Origin: Octopus sinensis
Taxonomy: Eukaryota
DNA: 64,000 bases
Reading direction: 5' to 3'
NCBI RefSeq assembly: GCF_006345805.1
Contig: NC_043017.1
Coordinates: 31,992,001-32,056,000 of the forward strand
In this document: positions 1-10,869 of the stretch, in pieces
Layout of the letters: every line of letters starts with the position of its first letter
Position numbering within the stretch: the stretch's first letter is position 1
Notes under the pieces: generated by a model
What the model was told of the DNA's origin: nothing
The model's input: the letters and a program-made list of their open reading frames with translations, nothing else
Database searches by the model: none
Position numbers and translations under genes: made by a program

Positions 1-135
1 CGATCCCTCCAAGTTAATCAGGTCCATTGCCAGAGACATGGGAGTGTCTGAGATTCTTATCAGGCAGGTAGTGCATGAAGATATTTGATATTCCTCACAG
101 AAGATGAGAAAGGGCCAGTTTTTATCCCAAGCCAT
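1..135 (+). mobile_element. Tc1/mariner-superfamily transposase fragment (HTH region)
   Basis: Translates DPSKLIRSIARDMGVSEILIRQVVHEDI*YSSQKMRKGQFLSQA, resembling the HTH/linker of DD37D-type transposases; contains a stop. Confidence 0.6.
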
Positions 136-151
136 CATATTGTTAAAATTT

Positions 152-497
152 ATCTCTCTGTATATAAATGGCAAAATGTCTGTGTGTGTGTCCTTTATAC
201 AAATCCACAATGTTTCAGTTAGAGGGCTTGCACTTTCTATGGTCATTCAAAACCATCCAAGGGTAGTCGTGCACATCTTTACATTTCCCCAGTAGCCCCA
301 CAAGGCCATTAAAAATCAATAGAAGTGACTTTTCTGTGAATTTTCTATCCAAAACCCAATCAAAATGCCCAAAACTGAATGCCATCTAGATGTATGTAAT
401 TTGTCAGAGATTTGGACAATACTCACGTGTATGTGTGCCCGCACGCAGCTGTATGCACTAGCACCATGACCTGGCGTTGCCGGGTCATGGTGCTAGT
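152..497 (+). mobile_element. Non-autonomous Helitron-like element
   Basis: 5' TC..TATATAAATGGCAAAATGTCTGTGTGTG start; 3' hairpin ACTAGCACCATGACC..GGTCATGGTGCTAGT (457-497) ending in CTAG/T. Confidence 0.55.
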
Positions 498-1085
498 CTG
501 TAATAAATTGAATATATTCCTACAATACACAAAGTATTTTTTTTTTTTTTATACAATTCCTAATAATTTTTAATTATAAAAATATAATAGGATTTTTTTA
601 AATGTTGAATGGTTATGAGAGCTCACCTGAGTAAAACAGGAATCAAAGGGGTCTATAGGTAAACAATGGTTGAAAAGCACTTACCTGGAGGATTATAATA
701 AATAGAACAGGACTAAGAACTGAACCTTGATGAACGCATAGCAGCTCACCCCAAATTCATTGTTATATTCACTGTTAATTGTCATCTAGCTGTTCCTGGT
801 TTCCAAATCCCTCGCAAACCATTCCCAAGGGGCCATCAAATCACAAAGTACAGAGGCTCACTCCTTGATTTGTTCACTAGGGATATACCGTCAGTACTTC
901 CAGGTACAATGTTGAACCGAATCACATCTTGATTAATCCATTCCCAATGGATTAAATTATAAATCTTCTATATAATTCTGTTGTGTCTGGGTAGAGTCAT
1001 TTTGTTTTTATGCCTTATAATCTAACACATTCACCGGTAAAATTTCCACTTTTAAAATTTTTTTTTATTTTAAAAGGTTGCAAGA

Positions 1086-1292
1086 CTCTTTTACTCTTTA
1101 CTCTTTTACTTGTTTCAGTCATTTGACTGCGGCCCTGCTGGAGCACCACCTTTAGTCGAGCAGATCGACCGCGGGACTTATTCTTTGTAAGCCCAGTACT
1201 TATTCTATTGGTCTCTTTTTGCCAAACCGCTAAGTGACGGGGACGTAAACACACCAGCATCGGTTGTCAAGCAATGCTAGGGGGACAAACAT

Positions 1293-1325
<33 letters not shown>

Positions 1326-1506
1326 ATATATATATACATATATACGACAGGCTTCTTTCAGTTTCCGTCTACCAAATCCACTCACAAGGCATTGGTCGGC
1401 CCGGGGCTATAGCAGAAGACACTTGCCCAAGTTGCCACGCAGTGGGACTGAAGCCGAAACCATGTGGTTGGTTAGCAAGCTACTTACCACACAGCCGCTC
1501 CTACGC
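1086..1506 (-). mobile_element. tRNA-headed SINE family A, full length
   Basis: Head with A box TGGCTGTGTGG and B-box-like motif, internal (TA)n, tail (GTAAAAGA)n; about 20 related copies in the window. Confidence 0.9.
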
Positions 1507-1964
1507 AACGAAAATTTTAGGAAAATGAAGATAAGAAAACAAAGTGGAAATTTTACCAGTGAGTGTGTTATATATTATAAGGCATAAAAAGAAAATGACT
1601 CTCCCCAGACACAACAGAATATGCTTCAACACACGAACTCATATAAAGAATCTTGCAAACCAAATCCAAAAACGAAATCTTCTATATAAGTTTTAGAAGA
1701 AGTCCAACAATTTGGACCCTTTGTAATTCCCTCCTCCCTATACTTTATCTCTTTTGCCCTCGCAACAGTTGATGATGGGGTTGCTATGCCAGACATTTGA
1801 TCTAGCAATTTCCGTATTACCTAATTGACTAAGCAGGTGACTAGCTCAGTCTGTTTATTTATTCACTGTGGTTACATGCAATCGGAAAAATATTTTTCAA
1901 TTATGTTCCAAGGCAATTACTAAATAACAAACTCTCCATGCTGTAATCATCATCATCCACATTC

Positions 1965-2236
1965 ATTATTATTATTATTATTATAAATATTATTATTATT
2001 ATTATCATTATTATTGTTATTTTTATTATTATTTTATTATTATTTTTATTATTATTATTTTTATTATTATTATTTTTATATTATTATTTTTTTATTGTTG
2101 TTATTATTATTGTTATTGTTATTGTTATTGTTATTATTATTTTTATATTATTATTATTATTATTTTTATTATTATTTTTTTTTAATTGTTGTTATTATTG
2201 TTATTGTTATTATTTTTATTATTTTTATTATTATTA

Positions 2237-2267
<31 letters not shown>

Positions 2268-2318
2268 TTATTGTTGTTGTTATTATTGTTATTGTTATTG
2301 TTATTGTTATTATTATTA

Positions 2319-2350
<32 letters not shown>

Positions 2351-2366
2351 GTTATTATTATCATTA

Positions 2367-2404
<38 letters not shown>

Positions 2405-2590
2405 GTTATTATTGTTATTGTTGTTATTATTATTATTATTATTATTATAATTATTATTATTATTATTATGATTATTATTATTGTTATTGTTAATATTGTT
2501 ATTACTATTATTATTATTATTCTTATTGTTATTATTAGTATTATTATTATTATTATTGTTGTTGTTCTTGTTCTTGTTGTTGTTGTTATA
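1965..2590. repeat. (ATT/GTT)n microsatellite
   Basis: About 620 bp of trinucleotide repeat. Confidence 0.95.
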
Positions 2591-3233
2591 ATCCTTATTT
2601 AGTAAGCCATCATGTGTTCAAGCATGTTTGTTTTACTAGAAATTCAGTTTGCCCCGAAGCATTCTAACGAAAACCATCGCCAACGTCATCGTCATAAGTG
2701 TCTGTTTTTGTTTGTTGCACTAAACAAAGCACATGCAGATATTTCCAGCTGTCTTCCGACAATAGCTACCCAACAACACCAATCAATTTATTTTTGTCAT
2801 CGCCTTTATCACCATCACCATCTCCATCATCATCATCATCATTGTAATAACCAAAAAACCAATAACAGCTATACAATTCCATAAACAGTTATTTTATCCT
2901 GTTTTGATTATGATTTGACAAATTTTTCTCAATGGATATTTTCAATATTATTTGAACACCAGAGATTCTTTCTTCTAATTCCTTTTTTTAAAAATTAGTT
3001 TATTTATCAATGGTTTGGCCTGCCAGAAAGATCTGAGCCCCAAGTTTTCACAAGTCCTACAGGATTGGTGAGATTAACAAAGTCAATGTTGTTCCTGAAG
3101 AGTTACCTAGTTTAACAACACCACTAGACCCTTGGGTTTCTGTAGCAGGGTCCTGTCTGTTGCAAGCACTTATGTCATATCACCAATCGGTCCTGGGAAC
3201 TCTTTGAAATCAAACTCAACTGATAAAGCAATA

Positions 3234-3522
3234 CTCTTTTACTCTTTTACTTGTTTCAGTCATTTGACTGCGGCCATGCTGGAGCACCGCCTTTGGTCAA
3301 GCAAATCGACTCCGGGACTTATTCTTTTTGTAAGCCCAGTACTTATTCTATCGGTCTCTTTTGCTGAACCGCTAAGTGACGGGGATGTAAACACACCAGC
3401 ATCGGTTGTCAAGCAATGCTAGGGGGACAAACACAGACACACAAACACACACACATACATATATATATATACATATATACGACAGGCTTCTTTCAGTTTC
3501 CGTCTACCAAATCCACTCACAA
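3234..3522 (-). mobile_element. SINE family A, 5'-truncated
   Basis: Matches the 3' two-thirds of the family A sequence. Confidence 0.85.
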
Positions 3523-3774
3523 TGCAAACATATAATAAATAAATTGGTTTATCCTTTTATCTGTAACTTGCTTTAGTCATTATAATGTGGCCATGCTGGG
3601 GCAACACCTTGAAGAATCTTCCGTTAAATGAATCAACCCCAATATTTTTTTTCTTTTGTTAAAGCCTGATACTTATTCAATCAGTTGCTTTCGCTGAACC
3701 GCTAAGTTACAGGGACGTAAACACAGAAGCACCAGTTGTCAAGACACATACACAAACACACATACACATATATA

Positions 3775-3980
3775 CTCTCTTTACTTGTTTCAGTCATTTG
3801 ACTGCGCCCATGCTGGAGCACCGCCTTTAATCGAGCAACTCGACCCCGGGACTTATTCTTTGTAAGCCCAGTACTTATTCTATTGGTCTTTTTTGCCGAA
3901 CCGCTTGTCAAGCAATGTTGGGGGGACAAACACAGACATATAAACATACATGCACACGTATATATATATATATATATATA
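3775..3980 (-). mobile_element. SINE family A, 3' half (split by the 605-bp array)
   Basis: Tail and 3' body up to the internal (TA)n; the 5' half resumes at 9761. Confidence 0.8.
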
Positions 3981-4274
3981 GTTATCCGTAATAATGAAGG
4001 GTGAAATTAATTAATTTGGAATAATTATCAATTACACCAAGTAGTCTTCGGCATGTAAAAGCCTCATTTGAGGAAAATTTAAGCAATACTAAGCAATAAG
4101 GGTTCAGCAACGAATTGCCTTACCACATACCGAATTTAGAAATAGCAGTCAAAGGGTTATAGCTATTTCTTCTACTAAAAAGGGAGATCTCAGTAGAAAC
4201 AGCAATTGGAAGGCTGACACAAACAGGTAAGAGAGAATGAATTAACCGCAATCTATCAAACATTTTTAAAGTTA

Positions 4275-4388
4275 TCCACGGACGTACGTTTCGAAATCAA
4301 GTTTTAGGAAAGCATAAGAATTAAAATATTAAATATTAAATATTAAATAATTCTATCTTACCGAAACTTCTTTTCTCTTCAGCGTGGA
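4275..4388 (-). ncRNA. Type I hammerhead ribozyme, unit 1
   Basis: UCCACG-CUGAAGA-GAAA..UUUC-GAAAC-GUAC-GUC/CGUGGA; stems I, II and III all pair. Confidence 0.85.
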
Positions 4389-4877
4389 ATACTATAATCA
4401 TAAATGATTATATATTGAATTTTGAGATACTAGGAGGTACCAACTCAACTCAGTATCAGAGCGAGCCAGATCCTCAACTAGTATCACACGAATTCAAATT
4501 TGTGAATGAACGATTGTGTCAACAGCCCCTCCCACCGCGTGTAGCCAAACCAGATGCTGTAGTCATCTACTTGAGATAAAATATGGTTATCCGTAATAAT
4601 GAAGGGTGAAATTAATTATTTGGAATAATTAATTATCAATACACCAAGTAGTCTTCGGCATGTAAAAGCCTCTTTGAGGAAAATTTAAGTAATACTAAGC
4701 AATAAGGGTTCAGCAACGAATTGCCTTACCACATACCGAATTTAGAAATAGCAGCAGTCAAAGGGTTATATTTCTTCTCTACTAAAAAGGGAGATCTCAG
4801 TAGAAACAGCAATTGGAAGGCTGACACAAACGGTAAGAGAATGAATAAACCGCAATCTATCAACATTTTTAAAGTTA

Positions 4878-4992
4878 TCCACGGACGTACGTTTCGAAAT
4901 CAAGTTTTAGGAAAGCATAAGAATTAAAATATTAAATATTAAATATTAAATAATTCATCTCTTACCGAAACTTCTTTTCTCTTCAGCGTGGA
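4878..4992 (-). ncRNA. Type I hammerhead ribozyme, unit 2
   Basis: Same core and stems as unit 1. Confidence 0.85.
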
Positions 4993-5484
4993 ATACTATA
5001 ATCATAAATGATTATATATTGAATTTTGAGATACTAGGAGGTACCAACTCACTCAGTATCAGAGCGAGCCAGAATCCTCACTAGTATCAACCGAATTCAA
5101 ATTTGTGAATGAAACGATTGTGTCACACAGCCCTTCCCACCCGCGTGTAGCCAAAACAAGATGCTGTAGTCATCTACTGAGATAAAATATGGTTATCCGT
5201 AATAATGAAGGGTGAAATTAATTAATTTGGAATAATTATCAATTACACCAAGTAGTCTTCGGCATGTAAAAGCCTCATTTGAGGAAAATTTAAGTAATAC
5301 TAAGCAATAAGGGTTCAGCAACGAATTGCCTTACCACATACCGAATTTAGAAATAGCAGTCAAAGGGTTTAAGCTATTTCTTCTACTAAAAAGGGAGATC
5401 TCAGTAGAAACAGCAATTGGAAGGCTGACACAACAGGTAAGAGAGAATGAATTAACCGCAATCTATCAAACATTTTTAAAGTTA

Positions 5485-5597
5485 TCCACGGACGTACGTT
5501 TCGAAATCAAGTTTTAGGAAAGCATAAGAATTAAAATATTAAATATTAATATTAAATAATTCTATCTTACCGAAACTTCTTTTCTCTTCAGCGTGGA
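5485..5597 (-). ncRNA. Type I hammerhead ribozyme, unit 3
   Basis: Same core and stems as unit 1. Confidence 0.85.
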
Positions 5598-6087
5598 ATA
5601 CTATAATCATAAATGATTATATATTGAATTTTGAGATACTAGGAGGGTACCCAACTCAACTCAGTATCAGAGCGAGCCAGAATCCTCAACTAGTATCACC
5701 GAATTCAAATTTGTGAATGAAACGATTGTGTCAACAGCCCCTTCCCACCCGCGTGTAGCCAAAACAAGATGCTGTAGTCATCTACTGAGATAAAATATGG
5801 TTATCCGTAATAATGAAGGGGTAATTAATTTGGAATAATTATCAATTACACCAAGTAGTCTCGGCATGTAAAAGCCTCATTTGAGGAAAATTTAAGTAAT
5901 ACTAAGCAATAAGGGTTCAGCAACGAATTGCCTTACCACATACCGAATTTAGAAATAGCATCAAAGGGTTATATAGCTATTTCTCTACTAAAAAGGGAGA
6001 TCTCAGTAGAAACAGCAATTGGAAGGCTGACACAAACAGGTAAGAGAGAATGAATTAACCGCAATCTATCAAACATTTTTAAAGTTA

Positions 6088-6201
6088 TCCACGGACGTAC
6101 GTTTCGAAATCAAGTTTTAGGAAAGCATAAGAATTAAAATATTAAATATTAAATATTAAATAATTCTATCTTACCGAAACTTCTTTTCTCTTCAGCGTGG
6201 A
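6088..6201 (-). ncRNA. Type I hammerhead ribozyme, unit 4
   Basis: Same core and stems as unit 1. Confidence 0.85.
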
Positions 6202-6694
6202 ATACTATAATCATAAATGATTATATATTGAATTTTGAGATACTACTAGGAGTACCAACTCAACTCAGTATCAGAGCGAGCCAGAATCTCAACTAGTATC
6301 ACCGAATTCAAATTTGTGAATGAAACGATTGTGTCAACAGCCCCTTCCCCCCGCGTGTAGCCAAAACAAGATGCTGTAGTCATCTACTGAGATAAAATAT
6401 GGTTATCCGTAATAATGAAGGGTGAAATTAATTAATTTGGAATAATTATCAATTACACCAAGTAGTCTTCGGCATGTAAAAGCCTCATTTGAGGAAAATT
6501 TAAGTAATACTAAGCAATAAGGGTTCAGCAACGAATTGCCTTACCACATACCGAATTTAGAAATAGCAGTCAAAGGGTTATAGCTATTTCTTCTACTAAA
6601 AAGGGAGATCTCAGTAGAAACAGCATTGGAAGGCTGACACAAACAGGTAAGAGAGAATGAATTAACCGCAATCTATCAAACATTTTTAAAGTTA

Positions 6695-6807
6695 TCCACG
6701 GACGTACGTTTCGAAATCAAGTTTTAGGAAAGCATAAGAATTAAAATATTAAATATAAATATTAAATAATTCTATCTTACCGAAACTTCTTTTCTCTTCA
6801 GCGTGGA
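6695..6807 (-). ncRNA. Type I hammerhead ribozyme, unit 5
   Basis: Same core and stems as unit 1. Confidence 0.85.
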
Positions 6808-7300
6808 ATACTATAATCATAATGATTATATATTGAATTTTGAGATACTAGGAGGTACCAACTCAACTCAGTATCAGAGCGAGCCAGAATCCTCAACTAG
6901 TATCACCGAATTCAAATTTGTGAATGAAACGATTGTGTCAACAGCCCCTTCCCACCCGCGTGTAGCCAAAACAAGATGCTGTAGTCATCTACTGAGATAA
7001 AATATGGTTATCCGTAATAATGAAGGGTGAAATTAATTAATTTGGAATAATTATCAATTACACCAAGTAGTCTTCGGCATGTAAAAGCCTCATTTGAGGA
7101 AAATTTAAGTAATACTAAGCAATAAGGGTTCAGCAACGAATTGCCTTACCACATACCGAATTTAGAAATAGCAGTCAAAGGGTTATAGCTATTTCTTCTA
7201 CTAAAAAGGGAGATCTCAGTAGAAACAGCAATTGGAAGGCTGACACAAACAGGTAAGAGAGAATGAATTAACCGCAATCTATCAAACATTTTTAAAGTTA

Positions 7301-7414
7301 TCCACGGACGTACGTTTCGAAATCAAGTTTTAGGAAAGCATAAGAATTAAAATATTAAATATTAAATATTAAATAATTCTATCTTACCGAAACTTCTTTT
7401 CTCTTCAGCGTGGA
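7301..7414 (-). ncRNA. Type I hammerhead ribozyme, unit 6 (reference copy)
   Basis: CUGAAGA = plus 7402-7408; GAAAC = 7314-7318; predicted cleavage after GUC between 7307 and 7306; stem I = 7409-7414 pairing 7301-7306. Confidence 0.87.
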
Positions 7415-7905
7415 ATACTATAATCATAAATGATTATATATTGAATTTTGAGATACTAGGAGGTACCAACTCAACTCAGTATCAGAGCGAGCCAGAATCC
7501 TCAACTAGTATCACCGAATTCAAATTTGTGAATGAAACGATTGTGTCAACAGCCCCTTCCCACCCGCGTGTAGCCAAAACAAGATGCTGTAGTCATCTAC
7601 TGAGATAAAATATGGTTATCCGTAATAATGAAGGGTGAAATTAATTAATTTGGAATAATTATCAATTACACCAAGTAGTCTCGGCATGTAAAAGCCTCAT
7701 TTGAGAAAATTTAAGTAATACTAAGCAATAAGGGTTCAGCAACGAATTGCCTTACCACATACCGAATTTAGAAATAGCAGTCAAAGGGTTATAGCTATTT
7801 CTTCTACTAAAAAGGGAGATCTCAGTAGAAACAGCAATTGAAGGCTGACACAAACAGGTAAGAGAGAATGAATTAACCGCAATCTATCAAACATTTTTAA
7901 AGTTA

Positions 7906-8016
7906 TCCACGACGTACGTTTCGAAATCAAGTTTTGGAAGCATAAGAATTAAAATATTAAATATTAAATATTAAATAATTCTATCTTACCGAAACTTCTT
8001 TTCTCTTCAGCGTGGA
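7906..8016 (-). ncRNA. Type I hammerhead ribozyme, unit 7 (1-nt deletion at the cleavage site/stem I)
   Basis: Plus strand reads CCACGACG instead of CCACGGACG; may be a sequencing error. Confidence 0.65.
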
Positions 8017-8506
8017 ATACTATAATCATAAATGATTATATATTGAATTTTGAGATACTAGGAGGTACCAACTCAACTCAGTATCAGAGCGAGCCAGAAT
8101 CCTCAACTAGTATCACCGAATTCAAATTTGTGAATGAAACGATTGTGTCAACAGCCCTTCCCACCCGCGTGTAGCCAAAACAAGATGCTGTAGTCATCTA
8201 CTGAGATAAAATATGGTTATCCGTAATAATGAAGGGTGAAATTAATTAATTTGGAATAATTATCAATTACACCAAGTAGTCTTCGGCATGTAAAAGCCTC
8301 ATTTGAGGAAAATTTAAGTAATACTAAGCAATAAGGGTTCAGCAACGAATTGCCTTACCACATACCGAATTTAGAAATAGCAGTCAAAGGTTTATAGCTA
8401 TTTCTTCTACTAAAAAGGGAGATCTCAGTAGAAACAGCATTGGAAGGCTGACCAAACAGGTAAGAGAGAATGAATTAACCGCAATCTATCAACATTTTTA
8501 AAGTTA

Positions 8507-8618
8507 TCCACGGACGTACGTTTCGAAATCAAGTTTTAGGAAAGCATAAGAATTAAAATATTAAATATTAATATTAATAATTCTATCTTACCGAAACTTC
8601 TTTTCTCTTCAGCGTGGA
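8507..8618 (-). ncRNA. Type I hammerhead ribozyme, unit 8
   Basis: Same core and stems as unit 1. Confidence 0.85.
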
Positions 8619-9108
8619 ATACTATAATCATAATGATATATATTGAATTTTGAGATACTAGGAGGTACCAACTCCAACTCAGTATCAGAGCGAGCCAGAA
8701 TCCTCAACTAGTATCACCGATTCAAATTTGTGAATGAAACGATTGTGTCAACAGCCCTTCCCACCCGCGTGTAGCCAAAACAAGATGCTGTAGTCATCTA
8801 CTGAGATAAAATATGGTTATCCGTAATAATGAAGGGTGAAATTAATTAATTTGGAATAATTATCAATTACACCAAGTAGTCTTCGGCATGTAAAAGCCTC
8901 ATTTGAGGAAAATTTAAGTAATACTAAGCAATAAGGGTTCAGCAACGAATTGCCTTACCACATACCGAATTTAGAAATAGCAGTCAAAGGGTTATAGCTA
9001 TTTCTTCTACTAAAAGGGAGATCTCAGTAGAAACAGCAATTGGAAGGATGACACAAACAGGTAAGAGAGAATGAATTAACCGCAATCTATCAAACATTTT
9101 TAAAGTTA

Positions 9109-9219
9109 TCCACGGACGTACGTTTCGAAATCAAGTTTTAGGAAAGCATAAATTAAAATATTAAATATTAAATATTAATAATTCTATCTTACCGAAACTT
9201 CTTTTCTCTTCAGCGTGGA
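9109..9219 (-). ncRNA. Type I hammerhead ribozyme, unit 9
   Basis: Same core and stems as unit 1. Confidence 0.85.
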
Positions 9220-9760
9220 ATACTATAATCATAAATGATTATATTGAATTTTGAGATACTAGGAGGTACCAACTCAACTCAGTATCAGAGCGAGCCAGAA
9301 TCCTCAACTAGTATCACCGAATTCAAATTTGTGAATGAAACGATTGTGTCAACAGCCCCTCCCACCCGCGTTTAGCCAAAACAAGATGCGTTTCATCTAC
9401 TGAGATAAAATATGGTTATCCGTAATAATGAAGGGTGAAATTAATTAATTTGGAATAATTATCAATTACACCAAGTAGTCTTCGGCATGTAAAAGCCTCA
9501 TTTGAGGAAAATTAAGTAATACTAAGCAATAAGGGTTCAGCAACGATTGCCTTACCACATACCGAATTTAGAAATAGCAGTCAAAGGTTATAGCTATTTC
9601 TTCTACTAAAAAGGGAGATCTCAGTAGAAACAGCAATTGGATTCTACTGAGATCTCCCTTTTTAGTAGAAGAAATAGCTATAACCCTTTGACTGCTATTT
9701 CTAAATTCGGTATGTGGTAAGGCAATTCGTTGCTGAACCCTTATTGCTTAGTATTACTTA

Positions 9761-9953
9761 TATATATATATATATATACACACATATATACGACGTGCTT
9801 CTTTCAGTTTCCGTCTACCAAATCCACTCACAAGGCTTTGGTCGGCCCGAGGCTATAGTAGAAGACACTTGCCCAAGGTGCCATGCAGTGGGACTGAACC
9901 CGGAACCATGTGGTTGGTAAACAAGCTATTTACCACACAGCCACTCCTGCACC
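9761..9953 (-). mobile_element. SINE family A, 5' half (tRNA head)
   Basis: (TA)n followed by CGAC..CTTCTTTCAGTTTCCGTCTACC..CCACACAGCCACTCCTGC; complements 3775-3980. Confidence 0.85.
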
Positions 9954-10034
9954 TGGTTTGACAGGAAAAGGTTTTAAAAATCATTCACTTCAGTTGAAAC
10001 TCTTCATGGGTGGAAGATCATTACAGAGGAAACT

Positions 10035-10380
10035 GAATACATATTAGTTAACTGAGTTCCTTTTGAGTGTTGGGTCCCATGGAGGTAATGACCAAGGCCC
10101 TTGGCATTATGTCATGCTTGAGAAGACCCATCAAGCTAAGCAAAAACGCAGTGTCATGGCAGATACCAGTGTCATTCAAATGGTACCCTCTGGTGGCATG
10201 TAAAAAAAAGCACCCATTACACTCTCGGAGTGGTTAGCATTAGGAAGGGCATCCAGCCATAGAGAACTATGCCAAATCAGACTGGAGCCTGGTGCAGCTT
10301 TCCAGTGTGCCAGCCCTGGCCACACCGTCCAACCCATGCCAGCATGGACAATGGACGTTAAATGATGATGATGATGATGT
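10035..10380 (+). mobile_element. RTE-type 3' tail element ending in (GAT)n
   Basis: GCATTAGGAAGGGCATCCAG..CCAACCCATGCCAGCATGG..(GAT)n; related copies at 18052-18240, 40780-40912, 63195-63450. Confidence 0.65.
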
Positions 10381-10557
10381 GTTGTTGTGGAGTACTGCCT
10401 GAAACATTAGCAATATTCTCATCCTCAAAGTAAATCAATTGGACTAGTGAAACAATTATGAGAATGGAACAAGGGATAAGCCCCACTTTCTGGCAGAGTT
10501 TTGCCCTCTCTGATTGCTCTTGTCATTATTTATATTATATTATCATTATTATTATAT

Positions 10558-10598
<41 letters not shown>

Positions 10599-10614
10599 GA
10601 TATATATATATAGT

Positions 10615-10822
10615 AATATGATCATAATAAAAAAATGAAAACAAAAACAACGCGAGGACGTGGAACAAATCTAGTATTATTGGATGCTCAGGAAGGAAGG
10701 GAAGAAGGAGGGTTTAGCGTTTCGAGCGGAGCTCTTCATCAGAAACATAGGAAAAGGAAAGATCCAGAGAAGGGAAGACGGAGGAAAAAAAATCACCAAC
10801 GGTACACACGCAGTCACATTTA
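10615..10822 (-). mobile_element. Penelope pLTR-like fragment with a minimal hammerhead motif at 10712-10746
   Basis: Minus strand GUUU-CUGAUGA-A-GAGC(UCC)GCUC-GAAA-CGCU-AAAC; flanked by (TA)n. Confidence 0.6.
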
Positions 10823-10825
10823 TAC

Positions 10826-10869
<44 letters not shown>

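Larger units (their letters stand above)
3981..9760 (-). repeat. Tandem array of ~605-bp hammerhead-containing monomers (retrozyme/Penelope pLTR-like): 9 full units, 1 partial unit and a terminal inversion
   Basis: Unit starts (GTTATCCGTAAT) at 3981, 4586, 5192, 5800, 6402, 7007, 7615, 8216, 8816, 9415; units differ almost only by 1-nt indels; (TA)n on both sides. Confidence 0.95.

Noticed and set aside
2014-2602. Long ORFs rich in Y/I/L/C/H/V (also 20170-21805, 50014-50638, 53173-53597, 54273-54686, 62388-62846)
   Set aside because: They are stop-free frames through microsatellites, with no coding evidence.
6803-7000. 65-aa ORF in the 605-bp array
   Set aside because: The start exists only through a GTG and a 1-nt deletion specific to unit 5; no recognisable domain.
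3981-9640. Unit-to-unit sequence differences as biological diversification
   Set aside because: Almost all are single-base indels, the pattern of unpolished long-read error, so the units are probably near-identical.
9640-9953. Host SINE Pol III promoter driving ribozyme transcription (it is on the same strand)
   Set aside because: A T5 run (CCCTTTTTAG on the minus strand at about 9610) would terminate Pol III before the first hammerhead.
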